From contig OZ024740.1 of NCBI GenBank assembly GCA_964016885.1, forward strand, positions 105,958,001-106,022,000: DNA of 64,000 nt, in the 5' to 3' direction. The translations under genes were made by a program, and so were the position numbers. This document shows, piece by piece, positions 1 to 14,217 of the stretch. Positions within the stretch are counted from its first letter, which is position 1. Every line of letters begins with the position of its first letter. The DNA comes from Eledone cirrhosa (lineage: Eukaryota). The notes under the pieces were generated by a model. That model was not told the DNA's origin, did not search any database, and saw nothing but the letters and a program-made list of their open reading frames with translations.

Positions 1-39
1 TTATTTTCTCTTTTACCTGTCTTCTCTTATCATCTGTTT

Positions 40-188
40 ACCCGGACAAAGCTGGGTACGTCAGCTAGTACTTCTTATGGTTAAAAATAAATGTTTTTTG
101 GGGATTCGTGCTACGTTGTTTTCTCTTTATAAAGATTATTTACTAATGGTAGACTTACACCCAGGCAACGCCGGGTATGGCTGCTAGG
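40..188 (+). mobile_element. Two non-autonomous Helitron 3' ends (hairpin + CTAG)
   Basis: cccggacaaagctggg..cagCTAGt (41-68) and cccaggcaacgccggg..ctgCTAG (160-187). Same terminal motif as the Helitron end at 34272-34299. Confidence 0.6.
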
Positions 189-213
189 ATATATATATAT
201 ATATATATAAAGT

Positions 214-256
<43 letters not shown>

Positions 257-929
257 TTTTAGAGAGATATTTGCGGAGGTGTTTGATACCATGGACTTTA
301 TCTTGAACATTGTACGTGTCAGATATGCTGACGTCATTCGTGTGTAAATTGATTTGAAGTTGATGGTTATAATAGAAAGAATATAAATATATCGGAACGA
401 ATAGATGTTCAATAAATTGCAATTGCTAATCAGAGACGCAGCGTCCTCTCGAGTTTACCCCCACTTACTAGAACAGAGAGCAAGGAAAGTAATGTGGTAT
501 TGGAAATTTTGAAGTACTCAACTCATTTAGATTTCTGATTAATTTAATATTGTGCAGCGGTGAGATAAATGTCCTACTGTATTTAGTTCTATAACTTTAT
601 TGTTTCCTGTGTTGATATTGTTTTTGTTGCTGTTACTTGTACTGATGATAATGATGATGATAATGATGATGATGATGATGAACATGATAATGATTTACAT
701 ACCGATCACACCAAGTAATTTTGACCAGTCGGCATTTCATGCAATGCATCGGAAGTCATTTGGGTGTTTTAATTCCTGGGAACCCGAACTTATCATGTTT
801 TAATTCCTGGAAACCCGAACTTATCATGTTTACTGTAACAGAAATTAGGATTTAAACTGAGAATGTACAGTACCGGAACAGATACTAGAAGGTGCCATAT
901 CTGATGCTCAATGACATTCTGTAATTCCT

Positions 930-1090
930 CACTTTGGCCTGGTACTATTGGTCTGATACTATATTTATCGGCTTCTAAAGGGAAAAAGGAAAAGTTGCCC
1001 TCGGCGTTCTTTGAACTCAGAACGCAGAGAAATGGAGTAAAGGATGCCCTTTACTCTCATGCTCAAACGACACTGCTAATTCACCGCCTT
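930..1090 (-). mobile_element. Diverged tRNA-derived SINE, family of 8360-8555
   Basis: Reverse-complement matches to the B box (tttgaactcagaac), the core (tttatcg..aaag..aaaagg.aaagttg.cctcggcg) and the head (aattcaccgcc). Confidence 0.55.
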
Positions 1091-3367
1091 TAATTACAAA
1101 CATTAACATATGAAAACCCAAACTATATAGTAAGTCCTTGCTGAATCTGGGGGAGCTTGACAACATTTGTAGTCATTCCAGGTTTTTCTAGAATCAGATG
1201 AGATATCTATATCGAAATTTCGGTCCATCCAAATTCTATAAAAATAAATACCAGTAATATAGGTTCTAGGGTTTCTTGTTGATATTTTTGATGTTGTTTT
1301 ATATTTTTAAATAACCCCGGTTTGAGTCATATTTTGCTTAATTACCTTCAGGCTGTGACAACAACGTCCCTTGTTTTCAAACGAAGTGTAATTAAGGTTA
1401 CATTCTCGGTAGTGTTTTCATGAAGATTGTAATGTTTGATCTTAGTGAGATTCGGTTGTTCTTTCTCGCCGTATAGATGTCACACATATAATTCAGTAAA
1501 GTACTTATATTACTTGTAAATGTATGTTAAACCTACTTATATTATCAGTAGTGCTCAGTAATACATTCCACTATAACTAAATGGAAGCCAATCCAATACA
1601 CTATACAATCTTTACTATTCTAAAATTTAACATTTGTAATTTCCAGTATAAGACTTAAACCCATTCAAGGGATCCCATGGAATGTTTTATTTATATTTAT
1701 CTCAGATATAATTACATTTCATATCAGTATTTGTTGGCCGAAACCATGCGCATAATGTCTAAAAGCTGCTTAAATCGTATACTAATCAAGTATTTTACTT
1801 AATCTGTAGTTTATAGTCTTCAATCACATATATTTATACTTACGATAATGCGTTTCTATTAATGATTTAATCAGTGGAGATTGAGCAATGTCTACTGACT
1901 CTTTTTTAGGACATCCGAGATTAGTGGGATGGTGTTCATGTTTAACCAGGCAGCTGGTTAAGTCTACCACACTAGAACTGAAATTATCTCCCGCACAGGC
2001 TTCCACACAGTTTCTATCTTCTAAATTTCTCTCTCGGGGTTTAGTCGACCCATGGTTACGGTAAAGTTTGCATCAGCGAGATTTGAACTTAGATCACAGA
2101 GAGCTGGAATGAATACTACAATGTATTTTGATTTACATTCTAACACTTCAGAAAAACTAAATATGTGGTATTTATTACAAAAGACAGATATGGCATATCC
2201 GCGTTCCTTTTTCTTCCCAAACAACATTAGAGGCTTGTGTGAAGAAATCGAGTCATTCGACCGACTTATTCGGTAACCAACGAACTTATTCATAATATTC
2301 GACACTGGGTTAACTTTGGAGGAAGGACTAGAATAGAGGTTATATACAATTGGAATAATCCTGATACATTACTGGAATTTAATCAAAGGGTTCTAAACAT
2401 CGTAGATCAGAGTTAACGTTGAAGAGATTGGAAATCAGAAAATATATATTAGAAAGTATTTACGGTTAGTATATGTTGGTAGTTACAGAAGATAAACCGA
2501 TGAGCTGCTATGAAGCCGAAGTAGGCTTTCAAACCTTCACTCAAGTAATTTTACTTCAATTATACCTCTCTAATACTTCAGGCGATGCAAAACCGACATA
2601 TTATATCAATGTTGGGAAGACCAATAGAAACGTAATTTCTTTGGTCTGGTTGGACGATCGGCTATTTTCCTTTTCCAAGCCGCAGTTAAAGGGAATTGAC
2701 GGTTCTGTAGTTGCTAAGGATTGGCAATTGCTCCAAGCGGGGTTTAATTACAACTATTTGAAATTCAAGTTGCTGTAACCTACAACGTTGTGCCGATCAC
2801 GGCATATAAAATATTAACTTCTCGTCCATCTACTCTATCGTCTATTATATGATATACTGAACACTTTTACTTAACAATTACATGCATTTAGTTTTTAAAA
2901 AAGGGATTTTTAACGTTCTATTGTATCGTTCCCCGTCTATACATAGACTCACATTGAAATATCTTAATAGATGAGATATTCACAACAATGTCTCTCCTAA
3001 GAGTAAATTATTCAATATTTTCTCCATAAACGTTGAAAATTAGATTCGAGTACTGAAAATTGTTCTGGTGTGTGTTCATGTTATTTATTTATTGTATATC
3101 TTTGCGAGTGTACGCAACTACTTATTTATATATGTATATGAGATTGTGTGGTATTACAAGAAATTTCCGCTGGTATTTTCCAATTAATTACACAACGAAA
3201 ATAAGCTCTTTCAAATAGTAATTTGTATTCTATTGCTCCATAAACAGATTTCTGTATGTTTACTGAAGCGACTGCTAAAATAAACCTCAATACGTGCAGT
3301 TACTATTGACTTGTTAATTCATATCAGTCCACTCATTCCTACTGTTTTTGATGTATTGTTGATTAGA

Positions 3368-3418
<51 letters not shown>

Positions 3419-3544
3419 TTACTGCCCCCTCTCTCCCACCCCCTCTCTCTCTCTTCTTAGGTATACATGGGCAAAAATAACGAGCATTTGTATATACATT
3501 TTTTACCGCTGTCTTTCTTTATTTTTCTCTCTGTTTCTCTCTCA

Positions 3545-3632
<88 letters not shown>

Positions 3633-4698
3633 ATTGATTGATAGGTGGATGTCAAGATAGATATGTGCGTGCATGTGTGTGTGTGTATGTATACACACTC
3701 TCACCGATATATATATACTAACAGTTTGCCTGAATTCCACACTACCAGAAGATTCAAGACGAATACACATCTCAATCATCAAGTGCATTTGGAAATAGTA
3801 AAACAAGACAACGAATGTTAATTTAAGGCCATGCTAACTAAATATCTCCATTGGTTAGATTAGGTCACGTGGTAGTATTGCTAAGGCGACTTCCATATAT
3901 ATATATGTGTGTTGTCTATCGGCTTGCTATTGAGTATGTCATAACCACCTTTTACATCCCTACATTCTTCCCTTTAGCGATGTAGTGCTTCACCACTTAG
4001 TTCCCAAAAGTACTTTAAGTTAGAAAGTGGCAGCTTTGCTGACCGAAATATTGTGACTACTCTCGCAATTTCTGATTGATGAAACTACGGAAGTAGTGGT
4101 ATTTCATTGTTGTTGGTGTACGCGGTACTCTGATCACCGCAACTGAAGATGTGCCGTCTCTATGTCACTCCCAGATGTTCCTATACAGATTTGCAAAAGC
4201 TGGGATGTGCGTCAAACTGAGAAAACATTAAAGGCGTAAAAAGTAATTACTCTTCAGAATTTTATAGCTACGAAGGGCTCCACAGCATTCTCACACCTCT
4301 CAACTCTCCCCGTTCGACGGAGTAATCTCTCACTCACTTTGGGGTAGGTGAGAGATGTCTTCTCTTGTGAAAATGCGTATAGCTTTCATTATGTAAAATC
4401 TCCCCATTTTTCCTCATTTCTACCCGTTTTGGGGCACTTTTTTTCATGTTACTCCCCGTTTGGGTTTTTAGAGGTTGACAACTCGGCATTCTATAAGTGC
4501 GTGAATCCGTTAAGCTAAACAGTAACCAAGAAGAAAGCAAGATATTCATAAACTATAAGTATCACAGGATTCAAGTGAAAGTATCTGAATTCCTGCGTAT
4601 TTACATAAATATGAATATAAACTTGTTCGATGAGGAGGTAAATCAGAGTGGAGAAACTCATGAGACTAAATAGGCCTCTAATAGTGCGTATATGTATG

Positions 4699-4751
<53 letters not shown>

Positions 4752-4755
<4 letters not shown>

Positions 4756-5225
4756 TAAAAGGAAAAGAAAATGCTGACAAATTGTTCACAGTGAAAAATA
4801 GTTTAATTAGGAATAAGTAAAAATTAGTAATAGTATTGGTTAGTATTCAGTTTTGGTTTTAAGTTTTACCGGTTGCGCATTTCTAATGCTTTTCAAAAAT
4901 AATTTTGAGATAGAGCGCTCGTGATGTTTGCTCTAATCTTATTAATTTTGGAAATTCTACCTTTTTATGTAAAAAAAAGTGGCTCCAGATGTATGAAAAA
5001 ATTCTTGTGGTCAAAACAATTTTGATTGGTCGGTAGAGGTCATGTGAATGTTAAAAATTGATTATGCGCCAAATGTAGGTTTGTCTCGGCTGATTGAGAA
5101 GTCACTGAAAAATAAGTCTTTCAAGACAAATATGTGTGTGTATGTGTGTGTGTGTGTGTGTAGTAGTAGTAGTAGTAAAGAGGTTCGTTGTTGTGATAAT
5201 GGTCAGCAGGGATGTGTGTGCGAAC
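4752..5225 (-). mobile_element. Single copy of the PLE-like family that forms the 11.4-12.8 kb inverted repeat
   Basis: Aligns by eye to 11399-11970. The minus strand reads ...ISRDKPTFGA*, resembling the C-terminal ESLLI..DKPTLN motif of PLE GIY-YIG domains. Starts at a (TA)n tract. Confidence 0.55.
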
Positions 5226-5254
5226 CGCAGTCTGTTGATATATATGTGTATGTA

Positions 5255-5412
5255 TGTAAAAGGTAAACAGAAATAACAACACAATCGCTACAGTATATGG
5301 AAGGGATATATTAGGTTAACGCTTGATATAGCAAGAAGAGGGGCTTAACGTTTCGAACGCTAGTCCTTCATCAAAAGAAAGAATGAGAAATAAGATAGAT
5401 TGAGGGGACGGA
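5255..5412 (-). repeat. Dispersed ~155-bp repeat with degenerate hammerhead-like core; also at 19614-19770 and inverted near 21290-21400
   Basis: Shared tgtaaaaggtaaacagaaataacaacacaatc...gtccttcatcaaaag...gattgaggggacgg. Minus strand reads TTGATGA-aggac tagc gttc-GAAACGTTA. Confidence 0.6.
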
Positions 5413-6173
5413 CGGGTTGGAATTGGAAAATAATGTCTTTAGATAAAAAATAACAGGTCCATTCATGTTGACATCTCAGGAACGACAAAATATATGACCT
5501 CACTCCAACTAATACAGGTCTAAAAGGTCGTGAAAGTGACCCGTAAATACATTGGTGTATAGTGAAGGCGGGAAATCATAGACTAGCCGTCTATGATCGC
5601 TACTAAAAAAGATTTTTAGCAACTAAATAGATCGACAAAGATTTATCTCTACATACTGGAGATTATTGAATAAGGTTAATATATATTTGAGGGTACAATG
5701 TACCCCCGGAAATATATAGTGTGTCTATGATTTAAGGTGGTTCTATTGAGTGAGTGTGAAAGACCAAAGGTCATCATTGAAAGTCTCTGAATTTCGCAAA
5801 AAACATAATATATTTTATTGGAAAGGTAAGATATATTTGCGCAAACATTTGATTGCACTGTTTCCGCTTATGTATTTTTTGAAAATGTTATTTATTCATT
5901 ATAAAAATTAAATGATAGCATTCTATATATAGGTGGGCCCCCGTTATCTCCTGGCAACCAATATTTTTCGACCCGGTCTGCAACTAAATATATGCATATA
6001 TATATATAATGCCAATTATTGTAAGTTTGAATCTAACTGACATGCAAAAACATATATATATGAATAAGTTACGCCCAAATCTTAGTAGATTCAAATGTAA
6101 CAGAGAGAGTCGACTTGTCAAACTTCTGGCTTTATGGTTAAATACATCAGTCAAATCAATCAGTGGGGAAGGT

Positions 6174-6251
<78 letters not shown>

Positions 6252-6550
6252 AACAAGTATGATCCTAACGGCAGATTTCAAGCCGAAACGTCTTCAGCTC
6301 TGCCGTCGGAGTCATACTTGATCCTATTACCCACTCTACTACCCTAAGTATTGAGTACTTTGGTGCGTTATGGTCCATCTGGTTCCTTACCACAATTCCC
6401 TCGTTATATATATGGTGGCTGCCAACTCGTTTTCGAGTACGGCCACTACTTTACATCCATGTAGGATAACCCCTACCGAAGCGCTGAACGAGTGATATAT
6501 ATATACGTTATATATATATACCCATACATACATAAATATCCATATATATA

Positions 6551-8249
<1,699 letters not shown>

Positions 8250-8359
8250 GCACACATATATACAAAATACAAAATATAGTAGTGCTTAATACTACCCTTT
8301 CATATTTATAATTATATATAACTCATATATAAGTATAAATATTACCATTATTAATATCA

Positions 8360-8555
8360 GGGCGGTGGATTGGCAGTATCGGTAGAGAGTCGGACGCCAT
8401 GCTTTCCACCATAGTTACGTCCCTTTACGATCTGAGTTCAAATCCCGCCGAGGTTGACTTTGCCTTTCATCCTTACGCGGTCGATAAAATAAAGTACCAG
8501 TAATGCACTGGGTTATTTCTGGCCTTGTGCCTAAAGTAGAAACAATTATTATTAT
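8360..8555 (+). mobile_element. tRNA-derived SINE with Deu/Nin-like central domain and (ATT)n tail
   Basis: A box tggcagtatcgg, B box gagttcaaatcc, core ctttgcctttcatccttacgcggtcgataaaataaagtaccag, tail ggccttgtgcctaaagtagaaacaattatt. More than ten copies in the window. Confidence 0.85.
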
Positions 8556-8705
8556 TATATATATATATATATATAAATAATATATATATATATATATATT
8601 ATTATATATATATATCCAAAATTAAATTAAGGGTGTCATCTCAGAGAGACATGCGCCATATCCACTGTAGAATATCAAGATTCCAATCAATAGATCCGAG
8701 CATTT

Positions 8706-9082
8706 TATATCAACTAGAAATTGATTGACATATATATATATATCTAAAATAAACATATGAAACAATCACAGGGGATAATTTGTAAAATTGGAAGGGCCCA
8801 ATGTAGTATTTTAGGGGCCAAAAAATACCTGACATCTAAGAGAAAGAATAACATTTTAAGAAAAAAAATAGATAAAATAATTAAGCAAAGCATTTAGTCA
8901 ACCAATTCCCCAGAATCCGAAATATACGATAGTGCAAATAGATGTAATAAATGGTTGGACATTCTACTAAATCTAAAGATTAGTGTAGCTATGTGTGCTT
9001 ACACACTTTTACAAATTATTCCCTGTGATTGTTTCATATGTTTATTTTAGATATATATGTCAATCAATTTCTAGTTGATATA
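8706..9082. repeat. Inverted repeat, ~80-bp arms (8706-8787 / 9007-9082)
   Basis: tatatcaactagaaattgattgac...gataatttgtaaaa is the reverse complement of ttttacaaattattcc...caatcaatttctagttgatata. Confidence 0.8.
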
Positions 9083-9096
9083 TATATATCAACTAG

Positions 9097-9160
<64 letters not shown>

Positions 9161-10231
9161 ATAGATACATGTGACGCTGACTTCGGTGGCTTTAGCACGT
9201 TGGTACAAAGTTTGTGCTAAGACTCATATCTGACGATTTCCACCTATCCTGCTCTGGTGACGTTGACTTCGGCGGATTTAGCTGAGCACATGTTGCTACA
9301 AAGTTTGCGCCATGCCTCATGCTTGACAATTTTTACCCATCCTGCCCTGGTGACACTGAAAACGCTGACGAGCACTGTCTTTTCTCTTTTTCATTATGTC
9401 ATTAACATGACATGAGACCTTAATTCATTATCGAGTCGTTGGATATCGTAGTAATGTACAGCATATCTTTGGCTTTCAACTAGATGTAGCCAATTACTCA
9501 GGAGAGAAAGAGAAAACGAGAGAAATATAGAGAGTGAAAGAAGAGATAGATGATGAACTGCCCGTCTACGGGACTGCAACTTTAGTTATCAATCTCGGAA
9601 GGATGAAACACAAAGTTGACCAGGACATAGGGAACAGGAACGAATGCCGCAAAACAATCTATCTGACGTTCTAACGATTCTGCAAATTCACCAGCTGATT
9701 ATAATACATAAAAGAGATTGATTGAACAGTAATTGTTTGAAACTAATTACTTAATGCTCTCTATACGCATGCATATTGATATATTTATATTTAGATACAT
9801 CTTTACATAGGCGAACGTTCGCACTTAGATATAAACCTGCATACATATACATATACACGTGCATATGAGGTCATCGCTTGAGTTTCAGTTTGGTTTCACT
9901 TTATGTAGGTGTATGTGTATATATGAAATCACATTTCTGATAGGCCATTGACAAGTGTCCATACTGTATGTAGCACGGGGGAATTCTCTATATCGTATTA
10001 ATGTCCTTACTGGATGTCGAATGTTTATGACAAATAAATTGCTGTGCGGCCATTAATATTTTAACAGCGCAGTCTGTCGGTGAAAAGACATATTGATAAC
10101 AGAGTTTCAGATTACATTTATTACATCTATTACACCTGTTTCATTTTTCTGCATTACAATCCCTACCTCCTGGGATAATTTTGGTTCTCATCACTTTAAA
10201 GTCGATCCGACAGTATTATGCGGAGGATTAT

Positions 10232-10266
<35 letters not shown>

Positions 10267-10422
10267 AGAACATTTCGCTCTACATGGCTGAATACAATAA
10301 ATGTAATCTGAGTTTTTCGAATATTAATAACATTCGATTCGTTTGAAATTTTGCAAACAAGCCTCAATTTTATAGCCATGTCAGTAGAATTAACATTTCA
10401 TTCTTGCTCTTGTGTTGGCATG

Positions 10423-10486
10423 TGAACAGAACTACAGACACTAATGTTTCTGGATATCATCCTTCATCAGTACAGCTCACTGTTCA
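10423..10486 (-). ncRNA. Type I hammerhead ribozyme (left arm)
   Basis: Minus strand: gagctgta CTGATGA aggatgatatcca GAAA CA ttag TG TC tgtagttc. Confidence 0.75.
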
Positions 10487-10714
10487 CCTGCCAACTGTCA
10501 GAGCTTGTGAAAATATATGCTATTTTCAAAATTACACAGAGACTGATCGGCCTGATTTGCATATTAGCAAACTGGCTGATCAGTCAGATCTGCATATTAG
10601 CAGATCCACTGATCAGCCAGATTTGCATATCAGCAGACTGGCCAGTCAGTTTCCTGTATACGATTGATAAATGCCGGCTTTGCCAAATTCAAATAAAAAA
10701 GACAGTTGCGCAGG

Positions 10715-10779
10715 TGAACAGTGAGCTGTACTGATGAATGGTGATACCCAGAAACATTAGTGTCTGCAGTTCTGTTCAG
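10715..10779 (+). ncRNA. Type I hammerhead ribozyme (right arm)
   Basis: gagctgta CTGATGA a-tgg-tgatac-cca GAAA CA ttag TG TC|tgcagttc. Stem I is 8 bp and extends via tgaacag/ctgttca. GUC triplet at 10762-10764. Confidence 0.8.
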
Positions 10780-10922
10780 ATGCCAACACAAGAGGAAGAA
10801 TGAAGTGTTCATTCTACTGACATGGCTATCAAATTGAGGCTTGTTTGCAAAGTTGCAAACGAATCGAATGTTATTAATATTCGAAAAACTCAGATTACAT
10901 TTATATATATATACATATATAA

Positions 10923-11010
<88 letters not shown>

Positions 11011-11039
11011 GTTTGTGTGTGTCTATTTGTGTGTGAGTG

Positions 11040-11132
<93 letters not shown>

Positions 11133-11398
11133 AAGTATTCGGTGAAAGATAGGGCTGTTTTGATGGTGCTCCAATTGATTCATCGGCTGGTGGTTCCGTT
11201 GATCTCCATGTGATATAACAGAAACAACAGTATTGCAGCTTCATCTAGTAAGGCATTTATATTAGCTAAATTAGATGTTATCGACTGATGGCTTCTTTTA
11301 ACATAGTCAGTGGTTCGGTAAACAATAGAAACGAGGTTCAGTCCCCACACTTTTTTCTCTCATATTTCTCGTTATATATATATATATATATATATATA

Positions 11399-11889
11399 TT
11401 GGTAAACGGAATAGAAAATGCTGACAAATTGTTCACAGTTGAAAAATGGTTTAATTAGGAATAAAAGAGTATTAGTGATTGTATGGGTTAGTATTCAGTT
11501 GTGGTTTTAAGTTTTTAGGTTTTTACCGGTTGCGCATTTCTAAATGCTTTTTAAAAATAATTTTGAGATAGAGTGTCCGTGTTGTTTGCTCTGATCTGAT
11601 TAGTTTTGGGAATTCTACCTGTTTTTATGTTAAAAAAGTGGCTCCAGCGTTACTTTGATGTTGCAAAAATTCTTGTGGTCAAAACAATTTTGATTGGTCG
11701 GTAGAGGTCATGTGAATGTAAAAAATAGATTTTGCGCCAAGACTGTTTTTATGTTAAAAAAGTGGCTCCAGCGCTATTTGGTGTTTGCAAAAATTCTTGT
11801 GGTCAAAACAATTTTGATTGGTCGGTAGAGGTCATGTGAATAAAAAATTGGTTTTGCGCCAAGATTGAGAAATGACTCTTTCACAACAA

Positions 11890-11925
<36 letters not shown>

Positions 11926-11991
11926 GTAGTAAGGTGTTCGATGTTGCGACAATGTTCAGCAGGGATGTGTGTCAAATGGATATTAAGATAA

Positions 11992-12074
<83 letters not shown>

Positions 12075-12764
12075 GCAGAGTAATTCGTGGTAGCAGGGGT
12101 GGTCAGTAAGAATGTGTCTGAAAGCAATGGGGGGTATTTTAGCATGTCAAAAGATATTTTTCAGCTTTTGTCTTATGCGGAGAAGTGCGTGTGTGTGTGT
12201 GTGTGTATAAGTCTCTTTGTATGCCAATGTACGCGTGTGTATGTGTGTGTGTATATATATGTGTGTGTGGGGGGGGGGGGGGGACCAGTATTTTTTTCCC
12301 CCTGGTAAAATGGTGTACATTATTCGATTGACCTCTACCGACCAATCAAAATTGTTTTGACCACAAGAATTTTTGCAAACACCAAATAGCGCTGGAGCCA
12401 CTTTTTTAACATAAAAACAGTCTTGGCGCAAAATCTATTTTTTACATTCACATGACCTCTACCGACCAATCAAAATTGTTTTGACCACAAGAATTTTTGC
12501 AGCACCAAAGTAACGCTGGAGCCACTTTTTTAACATAAAGACAGGTAGAATTCCCAAAACTAATCAGATCAGAGCAAACAACACGGACACTCTATCTCAA
12601 AATTATTTTTGAAAAGCATTTAGAAATGCGCAACCGGTAAAAACCTAAAAACTTAAAACCACAACTGAATACTAACCCATACAATCACTAATACTCTTTT
12701 ATTCCTAATTAAACCATTTTTCAACTGTGAACAATTTGTCAGCATTTTCTATTCCGTTTACCAA
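11399..12764. mobile_element. PLE-like inverted-repeat element, 436-bp near-identical arms (11399-11834 / 12329-12764)
   Basis: Arms are reverse complements, each with a ~123-bp internal duplication, TA-flanked. Spacer is (TG)n-rich with GIY-YIG-like remnants on the minus strand. Degenerate HHR-like motif at 12605-12643. Confidence 0.8.
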
Positions 12765-12799
12765 TATATAATAACTTGTGTGTTACACCTCTATTCTTT

Positions 12800-12881
<82 letters not shown>

Positions 12882-13235
12882 GTGAAAGAGTGAAGAATAA
12901 CATGGTCGGCTGTACAAAAAGATATTAATTGTTAGCCGATATATATATATATATACAAGTCGAAGGTTAGTAAAATCGAAGTCATGGCAGGTGGCCAAAC
13001 CCTCGAAGTAACAATTCTGTTTGCACGAAGCACTCAATAAGAATGTATCGATAACTGGATAGGCTACACCTTAGAGTAAGTAAGATCCGGTGATAGCGTG
13101 ACAAATTGAAAACTGCGGCTAGGGGACATAGCCACATACGTCGCCAGAACAACGAAAATACAATCAGGTTAAATATCGTGTGTGTGCGCATGTGTATGCG
13201 TCTGCGTAAGTGTGTATGTGATTGTGAGTGTGTAT

Positions 13236-13271
<36 letters not shown>

Positions 13272-14029
13272 TAATGATATAATTAAAATGTCGAGCCAAA
13301 GAGGATCTTCTAATTAGTCGTACTACATGCTAGGTGTATCTGCCATTTCTCACACAATTCCTTAATGCCATCTTACAAACGATCGCTGGTCTTTTCGTTT
13401 TTACAGTCTGTTCTTTTCTCTGAAATTTCTTTAAGACGAAATCTAAGTGGACGCATAAGTTGTCAATTTCCTCGTTGTGGTTCTTTGAAACTGGTCACTG
13501 TCTAGATCAGGCGAAAGACAACAACCTGAGAAAACAACAGCCTCATACGCTAGAAGAAGAAGAAGAAGAAGAAGACGAAGAAGAAGAAGAAGCGGACATT
13601 AAAATGACCTGTGTCTTAGTTTTGATATCATATCTGCTTCCATAGAGTTTGTAGGGGGAGGTGAATTTAAACATCAACATCAGCAACAATGCTATGAAAT
13701 GGTTTAGTTTCATTTTGTGTTTTTTTTTTCTTTCTATGCATTGTTTTCTTTAACTGATAACTGATGCTGACTTGTGATCTCAACTTACTGAGTGTTTACA
13801 TTATCTCCCCCTCCAGTATGATTCTGTAGCTAAGATTTACTTCTCGACCAAGTGTTTCGACGTTTGATCACATTTGGGTCGTACTGTACCTCTACCAAGG
13901 GCACAGTTTGAGGGTAATTTTGATAAATCGTACAAATAGAGGAAGAGCATGTCTGTATCTCTGTGTGCGTGCGTCTGTGTGTGTACGTGTGTGTACATAT
14001 AAATGGTTTCTTATGTAGGCACAAGGACA

Positions 14030-14217
14030 GCAATTTGGGGGATGGGAAAGTCGATTAAATCGACCTCAGTGCGTGACTGGTACTTTATTTTATCGACCCC
14101 GTAAGGATGAAAGGCAAAGTTAACCTTGGCGGCATTTGAACTCAGATCATAAAGGACCGTAACTCTATGCAAAGCATGGTGTCCGACTCTCTACCGATAC
14201 TTCCAACCCACCGCCCT
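14030..14217 (-). mobile_element. tRNA-derived SINE (family of 8360)
   Basis: ctggtactttattttatcgaccccgtaaggatgaaaggcaaag...tttgaactcag...ccaacccaccgccc. Confidence 0.85.

Larger units (their letters stand above)
10297..10904. mobile_element. PLE-like inverted-repeat element, ~200-bp arms (10297-10499 / 10701-10904), one HHR per arm
   Basis: Arms are reverse complements with few mismatches and are flanked by (TA)n. The spacer holds ~3 x 33-bp repeats. Confidence 0.85.

Noticed and set aside
769-831. 31-bp tandem duplication
   Set aside because: A simple slippage duplication with no further structure.
8360-8450. tRNA genes at SINE heads
   Set aside because: A/B boxes are present but there is no cloverleaf, and each continues into a SINE core and tail.
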